Notes: a model not told the origin generated them from the letters alone. Positions 1-16,572 are shown, numbered from the stretch's first letter. The stretch is DNA of 64,000 bases from an uncultured Planctomycetia bacterium (GCA_903929765.1 CAIYVX010000082.1:16974-80973), one strand, 5' to 3'. Numbers and translations are program-made.

Positions 1-167
1 TCGCCTTTTTCATCGTGTACGCGGAGCGTAGTTTCGCGCCGCATAACCTTCGAGTACTTCGGATGCTTCACCGTCCGCTTCACCGAAACGGTGATGGTCT
101 TCTGCGACTTGGCGCTGGTGACCACGCCTTCGAGCGTCTCGAGTATTTTCGTCGGGTTCTGACTCAT
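1..167 (-). CDS. rpsQ: 30S ribosomal protein S17, 3' end truncated by the window start
   Basis: Reverse-strand translation from the ATG at 165-167 gives MSQNPTKILETLEGVVTSAKSQKTITVSVKRTVKHPKYSKVMRRETTLRVHDEKGE, a typical S17 N-terminus. The gene follows rpmC with a 4-nt overlap, as in S10 operons. Confidence 0.75.
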   Translation of the reverse strand, partial: MSQNPTKILETLEGVVTSAKSQKTITVSVKRTVKHPKYSKVMRRETTLRVHDEKG

Positions 168-382
168 GCTTTCACGCTCCCACCAGCAGACTGGGCGGCA
201 ATTTCTCGCTCACGCAACACCGTTTTAATCTTGGCCACGTCCTTGCGACCCTTAATAAGTTCGCTGACCTTCACCTTCTCCGTCACCGACTGGGTCCGCA
301 GGTCGAACAGGCGGCGCTCGATCGCTTCCAGTTCCGTCCCGAGTTGCGCCGATGAGTGGTCGCGCACTTCTTTAATCTTCAC
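164..382 (-). CDS. rpmC: 50S ribosomal protein L29
   Basis: The C-terminal 72 aa of the 164..499 ORF (VKIKEVRDHSSAQLGTELEAIERRLFDLRTQSVTEKVKVSELIKGRK...) match the L29 family. I chose the internal GTG start because L29 is about 65-70 aa. Confidence 0.85.
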   Translation of the reverse strand: MKIKEVRDHSSAQLGTELEAIERRLFDLRTQSVTEKVKVSELIKGRKDVAKIKTVLREREIAAQSAGGSVKA

Positions 383-435
383 GCCTGATTCTCCGCTTTC
401 GTAGGGGCACCCCTCGTGGACGCCCTGCCCTGCTA

Positions 436-849
436 CTAGAAACTGTGCCGCCGGACGACGAACCGCGTCTTGACCGGCAGTTTGTGGCTGACGCGACACA
501 ACGTTTCCTTGGCCGTCTCTTCCGAGACGCCGCCGACCTCAACCAGCACCTGGCCCGGCCGGACACACGCGACGTAATATTCTGGTTCGCCCTTGCCCTT
601 GCCCATGCGGGTTTCCAGGGGCTTGGCCGAAACCGGCTTGTGCGGGAACATCCGCATCCAAAGCTTGCCTTCGCGGTGCATGTGGTGCGTCGCCGTGACG
701 CGGCTGGCCTCAATCTGGTTGCCGGTGATCCAGGCCGCTTCGAGCGTCTGGAGGCCGTACTCGCCGAAGGCAACAAAGTTGCCACGGGTGGCGTTGCCAC
801 GAATGCGTCCGCGCTGGGCTTTGCGGAACTTAACTCGCTTTGGCATCAT
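436..849 (-). CDS. rplP: 50S ribosomal protein L16
   Basis: [15 protein letters not shown]...[27 protein letters not shown] matches L16. The start is set at the internal Met before PKRVKF; the exact start is uncertain by 3-6 nt. Confidence 0.9.
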   Translation of the reverse strand: MMPKRVKFRKAQRGRIRGNATRGNFVAFGEYGLQTLEAAWITGNQIEASRVTATHHMHREGKLWMRMFPHKPVSAKPLETRMGKGKGEPEYYVACVRPGQVLVEVGGVSEETAKETLCRVSHKLPVKTRFVVRRHSF

Positions 850-1492
850 GGCCATCGGCGGCGCCCTCCTCGTACTGCCCCTTGTAAATCCAAACCTTGA
901 TGCCAATCGCGCCGTAAGTCGTGAACGCTTCGGTGAAACCGTAGTCGATGTTGCTCATCAGCGTCTGCAGCGGAATCGACCCGACAATCTGCTTTTCGGT
1001 GCGGCTCATTTCCGCCCCGCCCAGACGACCGGCCAAGACGATCTTCACTCCTAAGGCTCCGTTCTGCATGATCGCTTCGGACCGCATCCGCAACACCCGC
1101 CGGAAAGCCTGGCGTTTCAACAGGTTGTCGGCAATCATCTCAGCGGCGAGCAAGGCGCTGGTGTCCGGGTTCTTGACTTCAATAATGTTCACGACCACCT
1201 TGCGGCTGGTCAGATCTTCGAGTTGCTCGCGCAGCTTGTCAACCTCGGCGCCTTTGCGACCGATGATCAGGCCGGGCCGGGCGGCGTGCAGCACAACCTT
1301 GAGTTCCTCGCGCGTCCGTTCGATCTCTACCTTCGGGATACCGGCGAACCGGTAGTTGTCCTTGATGAACTTCCTGATCTTGAAGTCCTCGATCAGCAGC
1401 ACCGGAAACACCTTTTTGCCGGCGTACCAGCGGCTTTTCCAGTCTTCAGTGATGCCGACCCGGAACCCGATTGGATTAACTTTTTGTCCCAT
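830..1492 (-). CDS. rpsC: 30S ribosomal protein S3
   Basis: [24 protein letters not shown]...KH domain...[12 protein letters not shown] is canonical S3. Confidence 0.95.
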   Translation of the reverse strand: MGQKVNPIGFRVGITEDWKSRWYAGKKVFPVLLIEDFKIRKFIKDNYRFAGIPKVEIERTREELKVVLHAARPGLIIGRKGAEVDKLREQLEDLTSRKVVVNIIEVKNPDTSALLAAEMIADNLLKRQAFRRVLRMRSEAIMQNGALGVKIVLAGRLGGAEMSRTEKQIVGSIPLQTLMSNIDYGFTEAFTTYGAIGIKVWIYKGQYEEGAADGHDAKAS

Positions 1493-1505
1493 GCTCTCCG
1501 GCTTC

Positions 1506-1838
1506 CTACTGTTTTTCGTCCAGTTCGACGATAATGTGACACGTCTGAATCTGTAGCGTATCAGCTCGCCCGCGACCGCGCGCCCAGAACCGCTTCATCG
1601 ACGGCCCCTCATCGACGCGAATGGTCGAAACGACCAGCGCTTCGAGATTGGCTTCCTTCTCGTCGGCGTTGGCCAGGGCCGACTTGATCACCAGGCGGGT
1701 GAAATAGGCCGCCCGCTGCGGCTGAAACTGAAGCTGATCCAAGGCCTGCTGGACCGGCAACCCGCGAACCGTATTGACCACCCGGCGCGCCTTGTGGGCC
1801 GCCATCGGGGCATACCTGTGTTTGGCTATGTATGGCAT
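1506..1838 (-). CDS. rplV: 50S ribosomal protein L22
   Basis: MPYIAKHRYAPMAAHKARRVVNTVRGLPVQQALDQLQF...IIVELDEK matches L22. The start is the internal ATG, preceded by GGAG about 9 nt upstream. The longer Arg-rich N-terminal extension in the track ORF is probably not translated. Confidence 0.9.
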   Translation of the reverse strand: MPYIAKHRYAPMAAHKARRVVNTVRGLPVQQALDQLQFQPQRAAYFTRLVIKSALANADEKEANLEALVVSTIRVDEGPSMKRFWARGRGRADTLQIQTCHIIVELDEKQ

Positions 1839-1878
1839 CGCATCCACTCCAGGGTCCGCTTTCGGACCCGCATTACAC

Positions 1879-2196
1879 TTACGCCTTCGGCGCCGCCGGA
1901 GCCGGGGCCGCCGTCGCGGCCGCTGCCGCCGCCGCACGTCCGCCGGAATGACCGCGGAATACACGTGTCGGCGAGAATTCGCCCAGTTTATGGCCGACCA
2001 TGTCTTCCGTCACATAGACCCGATGAAAAATCTTGCCGTTGTGCACGTTGAAGGTGTGCCCGATGAAGTCCGGCACGATGGTCGAGCGCCGCGACCAGGT
2101 CTGCATCGGCGTCCGCTCGCCGGTGGCGTTCATCTTCTCCACGCGCGTCAGCAACTTCGCGTCCACAAACGGCCCTTTTTTCGTCGAACGACCCAT
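1879..2196 (-). CDS. rpsS: 30S ribosomal protein S19 with an Ala/Pro-rich C-terminal tail
   Basis: [74 protein letters not shown] matches S19. An extra ~20-aa tail ([18 protein letters not shown]) follows. Confidence 0.9.
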   Translation of the reverse strand: MGRSTKKGPFVDAKLLTRVEKMNATGERTPMQTWSRRSTIVPDFIGHTFNVHNGKIFHRVYVTEDMVGHKLGEFSPTRVFRGHSGGRAAAAAAATAAPAPAAPKA

Positions 2197-2243
2197 AGCT
2201 TCCCTCGCTCTGGTCCGGACTCAAGCGGCCCGGACCGGACTGA

Positions 2244-3098
2244 CTATCTAAGTTTCACTTCGCCATAGCGACGGCTGCGGCGCCGCCGAATGATGTTCCG
2301 ACTCGTCGGATTGCGCGGCTTGCGGGTCCGACCGCCCTTGGCCAGCACGCCGGTGGGCGAGCAGGGATGGCGACCGCCGCCGGACCGACCCTCGCCGCCG
2401 CCCAGCGGATGATCCACGGGGTTCTGCGACGTGCCGCGATTGTGCGGCTTGCGGCCACGGTAGCGCGTCCGACCGGCCTTGCCCCAGCGGATGTTCTGAT
2501 AGTCGCCGTTGCCGAGCTTGCCGATGGTGGCCATGCAGTCCAGGTTGACACGCCGTGTTTCGCCGGACGGCATGATGATAGTGGCATCATTGCCTTCCTT
2601 GGCCGAGAGTACCGCCGCACGTCCGGCGGAGCGAATGAACTGGGCGCCGCGACCGCGGTGCAACTCGATGCAGTGAATCTCCAGGCCCGCCGGGATGTTG
2701 CGAATCGGCATAGCATTGCCGGGCTTCGGTTCAACGCGGTCGCCGCTCAGCAGCATCTCGCCGACCTTGATCCCCTCGGGACAGAGAATATAACGCTTCG
2801 CACCGTCGGCGTAGTGCAACAGGGCGATTCGGCAATTGCGGTTCGGATCGTACTCAATCGTAGCCACCTTGGCCGGAATGTCGAACTTTTCGCGTTTGAA
2901 GTCGATCAGGCGGTAAATCAGCCGTGCTCCGCCGCCACGGAACCGCACCGTGTGTACGCCCGTACAGTTGCGGCCGCCGTGCTTCTTGATCCGGAAACTG
3001 AGCGACTTTTCCGGCTTCGACGCCGTCAGATCCGAAAAGTCCTGAACGCTCGAATTGCGGCGCCCGGCGCTCGTCGGATTATAGACCCTGTTTGCCAT
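2244..3098 (-). CDS. rplB: 50S ribosomal protein L2
   Basis: Length and motifs (GRNCTGVHTVRFRGGG...HPLGGGEGR) are typical of L2. Confidence 0.95.
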   Translation of the reverse strand: MANRVYNPTSAGRRNSSVQDFSDLTASKPEKSLSFRIKKHGGRNCTGVHTVRFRGGGARLIYRLIDFKREKFDIPAKVATIEYDPNRNCRIALLHYADGAKRYILCPEGIKVGEMLLSGDRVEPKPGNAMPIRNIPAGLEIHCIELHRGRGAQFIRSAGRAAVLSAKEGNDATIIMPSGETRRVNLDCMATIGKLGNGDYQNIRWGKAGRTRYRGRKPHNRGTSQNPVDHPLGGGEGRSGGGRHPCSPTGVLAKGGRTRKPRNPTSRNIIRRRRSRRYGEVKLR

Positions 3099-3158
3099 CT
3101 CGACCGTCCTCGTCTTAAACCTGTCGGGTCCGTTGACCCGGCCTGCGTAACTTAAGTT

Positions 3159-3440
3159 CTAGAACAAATCAATGTGGTCTTCTTCGTGCAGCGTGACCAC
3201 GGCTCTCTTGAAACTTTTGGTGTGCCCGACCTTCCGGGTCCGCGTGTGACGCACCTTGCCCTTGCGATTCATGGTCCGCACGTTGACCACGCGCACACCG
3301 TAAATCTGCTTGATCGCCGCAGCGATCTCGGCCTTGTTGGCATCCGCATGGACCTCAAAGGGGTACTGATTCAACTCCTCGTTCAAAGAGGTTCCCTTTT
3401 CGGTGATCATCGGACGAACGATAATTTTATACGGATCCAT
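3159..3440 (-). CDS. rplW: 50S ribosomal protein L23
   Basis: MDPYKIIVRPMITEKGTSLNEELNQYPFEVHADANKAEIAAAIKQIYGVRVVNVRTMNRKGKVRH matches L23. The start is the internal ATG, directly after the rplD stop. Confidence 0.9.
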   Translation of the reverse strand: MDPYKIIVRPMITEKGTSLNEELNQYPFEVHADANKAEIAAAIKQIYGVRVVNVRTMNRKGKVRHTRTRKVGHTKSFKRAVVTLHEEDHIDLF

Positions 3441-3442
3441 TG

Positions 3443-4072
3443 CTAGTTGCTCCGTGCCGAAACCAGGGCATCGAACGCCTCGCGGGTGAAAATCAACCGC
3501 TTCGGCCACAGCACTTCCCAGGGATTGAGTTCAGCCACCGGCCGCACCTTCAACCGCGGCAGATTCCGCGAACTCTTCCAGATATTTTCGTTTGGATTAC
3601 CGATGGTCAACAGGCAGGTACTGGAAACTTTCAGGGCTTTGAGAATGGCCGTCATGCTCTTGGTCTTCGGGGCGGCGATCTCCAGAGCCGACAGCACACA
3701 GACCGACCCGTCGATCATCTTCGACAGGAGGGCCGAGTCCAGGGCCGCCCGCCGCGCCTGCTTCGGCATCGACTGGCGGAAGCTCCGGTTCTTCTTGCCG
3801 AAGGCCACACCGCCGCCCCGGCGGACATTGGTCCGGATGGTGCCCATGCGGGCCCGGCCGGTCCCCTTCTGCCGGTAAATCTTCTTCGTCGAGCCGGCCA
3901 CCAGGCCGCGACCCTTCGTCGTCGCCGTGCCTACATGCTGATTGGCCTCGTAGCGGATGATCGCGGCCCGCAACAACTCGCGCCGCACTTTCGACCCGAA
4001 CAGCGCCTCGTCGACCTGCACGGATTCGACCTGGCTGCCATCGGGACTATAGACCGGTATTTCCAACATCAC
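3443..4072 (-). CDS. rplD: 50S ribosomal protein L4
   Basis: MMLEIPVYSPDGSQVESVQVDEALFG...KGTGRARMGTIRTNVRRGGGVAFGKKNR is the L4 family. Confidence 0.95.
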   Translation of the reverse strand: MMLEIPVYSPDGSQVESVQVDEALFGSKVRRELLRAAIIRYEANQHVGTATTKGRGLVAGSTKKIYRQKGTGRARMGTIRTNVRRGGGVAFGKKNRSFRQSMPKQARRAALDSALLSKMIDGSVCVLSALEIAAPKTKSMTAILKALKVSSTCLLTIGNPNENIWKSSRNLPRLKVRPVAELNPWEVLWPKRLIFTREAFDALVSARSN

Positions 4073-4096
4073 GCTATCCTCGGACGTTCCTACGTC

Positions 4097-4732
4097 TTAT
4101 TCCTTGACGCTCTTACGAACCATCACATAGCCGCCTGTGGGACCGGGAATGCTGCCCTTGACGATCAGCAGATTCCTGGCCGCATCGATCTTGATTAACG
4201 TCAGCCGCTCGGCCGTGCGGCGCACATGGCCCATGTGGCCGGACATCTTTTTGCCGGGCAGAATGCCCTTGTCCGGTAGGGCGTTGGAGGCAATGGCCCC
4301 GGGACTGCGATGCTTGCGCTCGGTGCCGTGACTGGCGCACTGGCCGCCGAAGTGCCAGCGTTTCATGACGCCCTGAAAACCTTTACCCTTGGTCGTGCCG
4401 ACCACGTCGACCAGCTTCACGCCCTCAAACGAGCCGACCGTGATGGTCGCGCCCGGCTCGACCGTCTCGCCGGCCGCCAGGCGGAACTCACGGACATAAT
4501 ACATCGGTTTGCCGTTGGTCTTGGCCGCATGGCCGGCCAAAGGCTTCGTGATGCGGGCTTTCTTGAGCGGGTCGAAGCCGAGTTGCATGGCCTGATAGCC
4601 ATCGGTCTCCACGGTTCTGACCTGGAGTACGTGGCACGGCCCCGCCTCGATGAGCGTGACGGGAGAACTTCGGCCCTCGGTGTCAAAAAGCTGAGTCATA
4701 CCCAGCTTTTTGCCAAGAATTGCTGGCGCCAT
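4097..4732 (-). CDS. rplC: 50S ribosomal protein L3
   Basis: MAPAILGKKLGMTQLFDTEG...GKGFQGVMKRWHFGGQCASHG is the L3 family. Confidence 0.95.
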   Translation of the reverse strand: MAPAILGKKLGMTQLFDTEGRSSPVTLIEAGPCHVLQVRTVETDGYQAMQLGFDPLKKARITKPLAGHAAKTNGKPMYYVREFRLAAGETVEPGATITVGSFEGVKLVDVVGTTKGKGFQGVMKRWHFGGQCASHGTERKHRSPGAIASNALPDKGILPGKKMSGHMGHVRRTAERLTLIKIDAARNLLIVKGSIPGPTGGYVMVRKSVKE

Positions 4733-4820
4733 CTCTAAGTTCCTCACTTGCGCGGTAGTCGGGCCGTGGCACGGCCACTATCGCTCGCTAGGACTTCACC
4801 CGCTGGACTGCCGACCAAGG

Positions 4821-5129
4821 TTAAGCCTTGATCTTGATATAAACGCCGGCGGGCATATTCAACTTGTTGAGCGCATCGACCGTCTTGGCCGTCGGCTCTT
4901 CAATATCGATCAGACGCTTGTGCGTCCGAATCTCAAACTGTTCGCGCGACTTCTTGTCCGTGTGCGGCGAACGCAACACCGTGTACCGTTCGATTCTCGT
5001 CGGCAGCGGAATCGGCCCCTTGACCCGGGCCCCGGTCCGCTTGCTGGTCTCGACGATCTCCATCGCGCTGGTATCCAGAACGCGGTGATCGTAGGCTTCC
5101 ATCCGGATACGAATTCGGCCTTCTGGCAT
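4821..5129 (-). CDS. rpsJ: 30S ribosomal protein S10
   Basis: [72 protein letters not shown] is canonical S10. Confidence 0.95.
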   Translation of the reverse strand: MPEGRIRIRMEAYDHRVLDTSAMEIVETSKRTGARVKGPIPLPTRIERYTVLRSPHTDKKSREQFEIRTHKRLIDIEEPTAKTVDALNKLNMPAGVYIKIKA

Positions 5130-5255
5130 ATCTTGCTCTCACTCCCGAAAACTGACCCGCCCAGTACGGCCACAGTTCGTTGTTCACTTGTTCCGAAGCC
5201 GCCCTGCCGCCCGACTCCTTCACTCTACCGCATTTACCAATTCGACAGACCGAGC

Positions 5256-5283
5256 AGTCTATCATCCCGAAGCGTTATGTCAA
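5256..5283 (-). promoter_or_regulatory. Candidate sigma70-type promoter for the S10 operon
   Basis: On the minus strand TTGACA (5283-5278) is followed 16 nt later by TAGACT (5261-5256), inside an unusually AT-rich 120-nt leader upstream of rpsJ. It is a pattern match only. Confidence 0.25.
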
Positions 5284-5323
5284 ACAGAAAAATTACTTTT
5301 CTGACACAAAAAATACTATTTTC

Positions 5324-7435
5324 TTACTTCAAGCCGTTCGCGATGTCCTCGGCCACGCTCTCCGGCACCGGTGCGTAAACGTGCGGTTCCATGCTGTAGG
5401 AGGCCCGACCCTGGGTCAAACCACGAATCACAGTTGAATATCCAAACATCTCGCCAAGAGGAACTTCTGCATGAATGATTCGCAGATTGTTCCGCATGTC
5501 GGTGTGGGTGATCGTGGCCCGGCGGCTCATCAGGTCGCCCGTCACGTCGCCGAAAAACTCGTTGGGTGTCACGACTTCGACCTTCATCAGCGGTTCCAGC
5601 AGCGTCACCCCGGCGTGTTCCACGGCCGCCTTGAGGGCAATGGACCCGGCCGCCTCGAAGGCCATTTCGGAGGAGTCCACCGGGTGATCCTTGCCGTCCA
5701 CCAGAGAAACCTTGATATCAATAAGCGGATATCCCGAGACGATGCCGCTCTGGGCTGCGGTGCGGACGCCGGCTTCAACGGCCGGGATGTAGTTCCGTTC
5801 GATGGCCCCCTGGCGAATCTCATTGACGAAGGTCACCGTAATGTCTTCGTCCTCGTTCTTGAAGGGTTCGACCACCAACTTGCAGACGGCGAAGGCTCCG
5901 TGGCCGCCGGTCTGGCGAACAAATTTTCCTTCGGCCTGGGCGGCGCTCTTGATGGTTTCGCGATAGGCCACGCGCGGCCGGCCGACGCGCACGTCGAGAT
6001 TAAAGTCGCGCAGCATCCGGTGCTTCAACACCTCCAGGTGCAACTCGCCCATGCCGGCGACGATGGTCTGGCCGGTCTCGGAGTCGCCGAAGAATTTAAA
6101 CGTCGGATCCTCGCGGGCCAGGATGCGCAGCACCTCGCCCAGGCGGTCCTTCTCGGCGCTCGACTGCGGTTCGATCGACATCGAAATTACCGTCTTGGGG
6201 AAGTGCATCTTTTGCAGCAGCACCGGACGCTTCGGGTCGCAGAGCGTGTCGCCGGTGACCGACTCCTTCGGCCCCACGGCGGCGATGATGTCGCCGGCCA
6301 CGGCCTCGTCGACCCGAATCCGCTCGTCGGCGTGCATCCGCCACAGGCGGCTGACGATTTCCTTCTTGTCACGGTTGACGTTCAGAACCCGCGAGCCGGA
6401 CTTCAGCGTCCCCGAGTAGATGCGAATCCAGGTCAGGTCGCCGTGCTGGTCGCTGGCAATCTTGAAGGCCAGCCCGGCAAACGGTTCATTCGGGTCGGGA
6501 TGAAGTTCGACCATCTCCTCTTTTTTCTCTTTGTCTTTGCTCGGCACGTGAGCCTGGTAAACGCCGATGTCGGCCGGACTCGGCAGGTAGGCCACCACCG
6601 CGTCCAGGAGCGGCTGAATATTCCGTTTTTTCAGGGCCGACCCGCAGAGCACGGGGTTGACCCGGCCGAGGATGGTGCCCTTGCGGATGGCCCGGCGAAT
6701 CATCTCGTTGGTGATCGTCTGATGCTCCAGGTAGGCGTGCATCATTTCATCGTCGAACTCGGCCACGTGTTCGATCAGGTGTTCGCGTTCGATGTGGGCG
6801 GTGACGTGCTGCTCCTCGCTGATCTCCGTCTCTTCGAATTTGTTGCCCATTTCGTCCGTGTAGACGTAACCCTTCTGCTCGATGACGTCGATGAACCCGT
6901 TAAAATCGGCTTCCCGGCCCAGGGGCAGAATCACCGGCACGGGATTGGAGTGCAACCGTTCCTTGATGTCGGCCAACACGCGGGCGAAATCGGCCCCCGT
7001 GCGGTCAAGCTTGTTGATGAAAATCAGGCGCGGCACCTTGTAGCGGTCGGCCTGGCGCCAGACCGTCTCGCTCTGGGCCTCGACCCCGGCCACGCCGCAA
7101 AAAACGGTGATCGCTCCGTCCAGCACGCGCAGCGAACGCTCGACCTCGGCCGTAAAATCGACATGGCCCGGCGTATCGATCAGGTTGATCGTGTGGTCGG
7201 CCCACGGGCAGGTTGTGGCCGCAGCGTGAATGGTGATGCCGCGGGCCTGCTCCTCGGGGTCGAAGTCCATGATGGCCGTGCCCTCGTGGACCTCGCCCAT
7301 CTTGTGCGTCAGCCCCGTGTAATAGAGGATCCGCTCCGTAACCGTGGTCTTGCCGGCGTCGATGTGTGCCATGACACCGATGTTGCGCAGTTGCCGCAGA
7401 TCAAACTGAACTTGAGATTCGCCTTTTTCCGTCAT
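5324..7435 (-). CDS. fusA: Elongation factor G
   Basis: The 703-aa product has the GTPase motifs [17 protein letters not shown] and NKLD followed by EF-G domains II-V. It sits in the conserved rpsL-rpsG-fusA context. Confidence 0.97.
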   Translation of the reverse strand: MTEKGESQVQFDLRQLRNIGVMAHIDAGKTTVTERILYYTGLTHKMGEVHEGTAIMDFDPEEQARGITIHAAATTCPWADHTINLIDTPGHVDFTAEVERSLRVLDGAITVFCGVAGVEAQSETVWRQADRYKVPRLIFINKLDRTGADFARVLADIKERLHSNPVPVILPLGREADFNGFIDVIEQKGYVYTDEMGNKFEETEISEEQHVTAHIEREHLIEHVAEFDDEMMHAYLEHQTITNEMIRRAIRKGTILGRVNPVLCGSALKKRNIQPLLDAVVAYLPSPADIGVYQAHVPSKDKEKKEEMVELHPDPNEPFAGLAFKIASDQHGDLTWIRIYSGTLKSGSRVLNVNRDKKEIVSRLWRMHADERIRVDEAVAGDIIAAVGPKESVTGDTLCDPKRPVLLQKMHFPKTVISMSIEPQSSAEKDRLGEVLRILAREDPTFKFFGDSETGQTIVAGMGELHLEVLKHRMLRDFNLDVRVGRPRVAYRETIKSAAQAEGKFVRQTGGHGAFAVCKLVVEPFKNEDEDITVTFVNEIRQGAIERNYIPAVEAGVRTAAQSGIVSGYPLIDIKVSLVDGKDHPVDSSEMAFEAAGSIALKAAVEHAGVTLLEPLMKVEVVTPNEFFGDVTGDLMSRRATITHTDMRNNLRIIHAEVPLGEMFGYSTVIRGLTQGRASYSMEPHVYAPVPESVAEDIANGLK

Positions 7436-7530
7436 TTGTCCTTACCCATAAAAAGACCGACGGCGAGGTCGTCGCATTCCTGCGGCCGACCTCGCCGTGG
7501 TCGACCGTGGCCTGGGGCCACGGACTCGTG

Positions 7531-8004
7531 TTACCACGCAAAGTGGGCAAAGGCCGTGTTGGCCTCGGCCATCTTATTCACATTTTCCCGAGTGGTCATG
7601 GCGGTGCCTTCCTTGCGATACGCCGCCATCAATTCATCGGCCAGGCGAACGCACATGGCCTTGCCGCCCTTGTCGCGAGCAGCGCCAAGAATCCAGCGGA
7701 TGGCCAGCGACTGCTGGCGCTTCCGGTTAACCTGCATCGGCACCTGGTAGGTGGCCCCGCCGACGCGCTTGGAACGCACTTCGAGGTAAGGCTTGACGTT
7801 GTTCAACGCCGTCTCAAAGACGACGATCGGCTCGGCGTCCTTGATCTTCTTGGCGATGATCTCCAGCGCATCATAGAAGATCCGCTGGGCCACGCTCTTC
7901 TTGCCTTGCCACATCATGCAGTTAATGAACTTGGCCGCCAGAACGTTGCCGAACTTCGGGTCCGGCTTCAACGTCTCGACCGATGCCGTGAATTTCTTCG
8001 CCAT
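7531..8004 (-). CDS. rpsG: 30S ribosomal protein S7
   Basis: [47 protein letters not shown] is the S7 family. Confidence 0.95.
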   Translation of the reverse strand: MAKKFTASVETLKPDPKFGNVLAAKFINCMMWQGKKSVAQRIFYDALEIIAKKIKDAEPIVVFETALNNVKPYLEVRSKRVGGATYQVPMQVNRKRQQSLAIRWILGAARDKGGKAMCVRLADELMAAYRKEGTAMTTRENVNKMAEANTAFAHFAW

Positions 8005-8061
8005 CCGTTATCCTCTTTACCCCTTGCGGCGGCCATAAGGCCCGAGCCGCAAAAAATGTCC

Positions 8062-8433
8062 TTACTTGCCTTTCTTCGCCCCGTACCGTGAACGCGACTG
8101 CTTGCGGGCCTCGACGCCCATCGCGTCGAGTGTGCCGCGGATAATGTGGTAGCGCACGCCGGGCAGATCGCGGACGCGCCCACCGCGCACCAGCACGATC
8201 GAGTGTTCCTGCAGGTTGTGATCGACGCCTGGAATGTAGACGGTCACTTCCTTGCCGTTCGAGAGCCGCACGCGAGCCACTTTCCGCAAGGCCGAGTTCG
8301 GCTTCTTGGGCGTCATGGTCTTTACCAGCGTGCATACGCCGCGCTTGAACGGGTTCCGGTCGAGCACCGGGCTCTTCGACTTGGCCCGGACCTTGTTCCG
8401 ACCCTTCCTGATCAACTGGTTAACTGTGGGCAT
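8062..8433 (-). CDS. rpsL: 30S ribosomal protein S12
   Basis: [69 protein letters not shown] is the S12 family. Confidence 0.95.
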   Translation of the reverse strand: MPTVNQLIRKGRNKVRAKSKSPVLDRNPFKRGVCTLVKTMTPKKPNSALRKVARVRLSNGKEVTVYIPGVDHNLQEHSIVLVRGGRVRDLPGVRYHIIRGTLDAMGVEARKQSRSRYGAKKGK

Positions 8434-8538
8434 CGAAACCGCCTCTCCTGTTTTCAGTCCTTCTTCAACTTCCGGTTATCCCAGCGCCGCCCAAAGGGCC
8501 GACGCGAGTCCCATAGTATAGCACATCTTTTCGGGATT

Positions 8539-12843
<4,305 letters not shown>

Positions 12844-12897
12844 ATTTCCGCTCCTCTGGAAATCCCTCGTCCGGCCCTGAAGCGGCCGGCCAAAGAA

Positions 12898-15800
12898 CTA
12901 AATCCTCTTCTTTTCCATCTGAATGTTCAGGCCCAGGCCCTTGATTTCGTTGCACAGAACGTCGAAGGACACCGGCGTCCCGGCCTCGAGCTTGTTCTTG
13001 CCCATCACGATGGCCTCGTAAATCTTCGTCCGGCCCTCGACGTCGTCGCTCTTTACGGTCAGTAGTTCCTGGAGAATGTGGGCGGCGCCGTACGCCTCCA
13101 GGCCCCACACTTCCATTTCGCCGAACCGCTGACCGCCGCTGCGGGCCTTGCCGCCCAGGGGCTGCTGGGTGATCAAGCTGTACGGCCCCGTGGCCCGGGC
13201 GTGCACCTTGTCGTCGACCAGGTGATGGAGCTTCATCATGTAAATGTACCCAACCGTCACTTGCTGGTCGAACGGCTCGCCCGTGCGCCCGTCGTACATC
13301 TCCACCTTCCCGGAGGACGGCAGACCGGCTTCTTCCAGCAACTCGTGAATCGTGTCTTCCTTGCAGCCGTCGAAAATCGGCGTGATGGCCTGGAAGCCCA
13401 GCAACTTGGCCGCCCAGCCCAGGTGCGTCTCCAGAATCTGCCCGACGTTCATGCGGCTCGGAACGCCCAGCGGGTTCAGCAGAATCTCGACCGGCGTGCC
13501 ATCGGCCTGGAACGGCATGTCCTCTTCCGGCAGAATCCGGGCAATGACGCCCTTGTTGCCGTGCCGGCCGGCCATCTTGTCGCCCACCGAAAGTTTACGC
13601 TTCGTGGCGATGTAAATCTTGACCATTTCCAGCACGCCCGAAGGCAACTCGTCGCCGCGCTTCAGGCGGTTCAACTCACGTTCCCGGTCGTCCAGCAGGG
13701 TCTGCAGTCGCGGCCAGGCCCGCACCACGTAGGCCCGCCCGTCATCAACATTCTTCGACCGCGTCTTCAAGGCATCGTAGTTGAATGCCGACGCTTCACG
13801 CACCAGGTCGGCTTCAACCTGGCTCGTGGCGTACTCGACGCCGTTCTGCGGATCGGCCACCTTGGTGTTCAGCATCACGTTCAGATTTGTGATGATCTCG
13901 CGGAACACGTCGGCGATGCGGGCGTTGATTTCCTTCTCGAACTTGCGGGCTTCGCGCTGCCGGTTCTTCTTGGCGTCCTCGCTCAGGTGCTGGAGCCGCG
14001 AAAAATGGCTGTGCCCGATGACGATGCCCTCGGTGCCCGCCGGCACGGTCAGCGAATCGTTTTTCACGTCCTCGCCCGCACGGCCGAAAATGGCGTGCAG
14101 CAGTTTCTCTTCCGGCGACAGCTCGCTCTTGGATTTCGGACTGACCTTGCCGACCAGCAGGTCGTTCGGGCCGACCCGCGTCCCGACCCGGACCACGCCC
14201 ATTTCGTCCAGATTCCGCAGGGCCTTTTCACTGACGTTGGGAATGTCGCGCGTGAACTCCTCGCGGCCCAACTTCGTCTCGCGGATCTCGACGTCGAACT
14301 CTTCGATATGAATCGACGTGAACCGGTCGTCCTTCAGCAGGCTCTCGCTGATCAGGATGGCGTCCTCGAAGTTAAAGCCGTCCCAGGCCATGAAGCCCAC
14401 CAGGACGTTCTTCCCGAGGGCCAGTTCGCCCTGGTTCGTCCCGGCCCCGTCGGCCACGATCTGTCCCTTCTTCACCTTCTGACCCTGGCGGACGATGGCC
14501 GTCTGGTTCAGGCAGGTCCGCTCGTTCATCCCGACGTACTTGCGCAACTCGTATTCGTCCTCGTCGTCGATGATGATCCGCTGGCTGTCGACGTAGGTCA
14601 CCGTCCCGGCGCGCTTGGTCCGGACCACCAGACCCGAATTCTGGGCCACCGGCTTTTCCATGCCCGTAGCCACGATCGGCGGCTCCGGCCTCAAGAGCGG
14701 CACGGCCTGACGCTGCATGTTCGAACCCATCAAGGCCCGGTTGGCGTCGTCGTGCTCCAGGAACGGAATGAGACTGGCCGAGACGCCGACCAACTGCTTC
14801 GGGCTGACGTCACAATACGTCACGTCCTCGGGCGCCACCTCGCGGAAGTCGCCGCCCTGGCGGCTCAGAACCGTCGTCCCCTTGATTTTCTTATTGTCGT
14901 CCTGCGGCACGTCGGCCGGGGCCAGCACCGCCGCCAGATCCTCGTCGGCCCGCAGGTTCACCACCTCATCGGTGATCTTCGACCGGGACACTTTGCGGTA
15001 AGGCGTGATCAGGAAGCCGTACTCGTCCACCGCGGCAAAGATACTGAGCTGGGCGATCAGACCGATGTTCGTGCCTTCCGGCGTCTCGATCGGACAGATG
15101 CGGCCATAATGGCTGATGTGTACGTCGCGGACCTCGAAGCCCGCACGCTTCCGGTTCAATCCGCCCGGTCCCAGGGCGCTCAAGCGACGCTCGTGGGCCA
15201 GGGTGCTCAGAGCGTTGGTCTGGTCGACCACCTGCGACAACTCGCTCCGGCCGAAGAAAAACTCGATGGCCGACGAAACGCTCTTGGTGTTGATCAGCGT
15301 GCGCGGCGTCATCTCCTTGGGATCTTTGATGCTCATCCGTTCCTGGACGGTGCGGCGCAGCTTCAGGAAGCCCTTGCGGATTTCGTCGCCCGACAATTCG
15401 TCGATGGTCCGCAGGCGGCGATTACCCAGGTCGTCGATATCGTCGACCAGGCCTTCGCCGGCCCGCAGCTTCATGATGTAACGGATCGATTCGATGAAGT
15501 CCTCGGGCCGCAAGGTCATCTCGGTGTCCTTGACCTCGGTCCCGAACTTGCGGTTCAGACGGAACCGGCCCACGCGGCCCAACCGGTAGCGATTCTCGTC
15601 ATAGAATTTCTCAAAGAAAAGCTGCTTGGCCTTGTCGAGGTTCGGCGGGTTGCCGACGCGGAGTCGGGCATAGATCCGCAGCAACGCGTCGTCGTTGGTC
15701 TTCGTCGAATCTTCGGCCAGCGTGTTCAGAATCAGCGGATCGACCACCTTCTGATCGACCACTTCCAACTGCTTAATCGTCGAGTTGCGGATCACGTCCC

Positions 15801-16572
15801 ACTTCTCGCCGATCTGGCGACCGGCCTCGACGATAACCTCGCCCGTCTCCGGGTCGATCACGTCGCCCACCACATACATCTGCTGGGGTTTCTGGCTCGG
15901 CTTGACCTGACTCAGGTTCTGGACTTTGGTCTGGTAGAAGAGCCGGATCAGGTCCACCGAATCGCCGAACTTCGGGTCCATGGCCCGCAGGAACGCCGTG
16001 GCCAGGATCTTGCTCGACTGGTCGATCTTGATGGTCAGAACGTCTTTCTTGGTGACGTTGACCTCGATCCAACTGCCGCGCTCGGGAATGATGCGGCAGG
16101 AGTGCAGGCGCCGGTCGCCGGCCTCCAACTCCACACTGAAGTCGATGCCGGGGCTGCGGTGCAACTGGCTGACGATGACGCGCTCGGCCCCGTTGATGAT
16201 GAATTCGCCGCCGCCCATCATGATCGGCATTTCGCCGAGATAGACGTCCTCTTCGATCACTTCTTCCAGTTGCTTGCCCGACAGGCGAATCCAGATCCGC
16301 AGCGGCATGCCGTAGGTCAGCCGCAACTCGCGGCAATCGGTCGGCCGGTAGCGGGGCTTGCCGAGATCATATTTCACATAATCCAGGGTCAGCGACTCGT
16401 CGTAGGACTTGATCGGAAAAATCTCGCGCAGCGTCGATTCCAGTCCGTGATTCTTGCGCTTTTCCGGATCGACGTCGGCCTGAAGGAACCGCTCGTAAGA
16501 CTTGGTCTGAATCTCCGTCAGGTTCGGGATCTCGATCAAATCCCCCAGACGACCAAAATTGCGGATCTGCAT
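12898..16572 (-). CDS. rpoB: DNA-directed RNA polymerase subunit beta
   Basis: The 1224-aa product carries the rifampicin-cluster and conserved blocks ([15 protein letters not shown]) and is followed by rpoC. Confidence 0.98.
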   Translation of the reverse strand: MQIRNFGRLGDLIEIPNLTEIQTKSYERFLQADVDPEKRKNHGLESTLREIFPIKSYDESLTLDYVKYDLGKPRYRPTDCRELRLTYGMPLRIWIRLSGKQLEEVIEEDVYLGEMPIMMGGGEFIINGAERVIVSQLHRSPGIDFSVELEAGDRRLHSCRIIPERGSWIEVNVTKKDVLTIKIDQSSKILATAFLRAMDPKFGDSVDLIRLFYQTKVQNLSQVKPSQKPQQMYVVGDVIDPETGEVIVEAGRQIGEKWDVIRNSTIKQLEVVDQKVVDPLILNTLAEDSTKTNDDALLRIYARLRVGNPPNLDKAKQLFFEKFYDENRYRLGRVGRFRLNRKFGTEVKDTEMTLRPEDFIESIRYIMKLRAGEGLVDDIDDLGNRRLRTIDELSGDEIRKGFLKLRRTVQERMSIKDPKEMTPRTLINTKSVSSAIEFFFGRSELSQVVDQTNALSTLAHERRLSALGPGGLNRKRAGFEVRDVHISHYGRICPIETPEGTNIGLIAQLSIFAAVDEYGFLITPYRKVSRSKITDEVVNLRADEDLAAVLAPADVPQDDNKKIKGTTVLSRQGGDFREVAPEDVTYCDVSPKQLVGVSASLIPFLEHDDANRALMGSNMQRQAVPLLRPEPPIVATGMEKPVAQNSGLVVRTKRAGTVTYVDSQRIIIDDEDEYELRKYVGMNERTCLNQTAIVRQGQKVKKGQIVADGAGTNQGELALGKNVLVGFMAWDGFNFEDAILISESLLKDDRFTSIHIEEFDVEIRETKLGREEFTRDIPNVSEKALRNLDEMGVVRVGTRVGPNDLLVGKVSPKSKSELSPEEKLLHAIFGRAGEDVKNDSLTVPAGTEGIVIGHSHFSRLQHLSEDAKKNRQREARKFEKEINARIADVFREIITNLNVMLNTKVADPQNGVEYATSQVEADLVREASAFNYDALKTRSKNVDDGRAYVVRAWPRLQTLLDDRERELNRLKRGDELPSGVLEMVKIYIATKRKLSVGDKMAGRHGNKGVIARILPEEDMPFQADGTPVEILLNPLGVPSRMNVGQILETHLGWAAKLLGFQAITPIFDGCKEDTIHELLEEAGLPSSGKVEMYDGRTGEPFDQQVTVGYIYMMKLHHLVDDKVHARATGPYSLITQQPLGGKARSGGQRFGEMEVWGLEAYGAAHILQELLTVKSDDVEGRTKIYEAIVMGKNKLEAGTPVSFDVLCNEIKGLGLNIQMEKKRI

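Noticed and set aside
1506-1964. An Arg-rich 42-aa N-terminal extension of L22 ([19 protein letters not shown]) suggested by the longest ORF.
   Set aside because: A canonical ATG with a GGAG Shine-Dalgarno sits exactly where L22 homology begins. The extension overlaps the rpsS C-terminus in another frame. It is most likely not translated.
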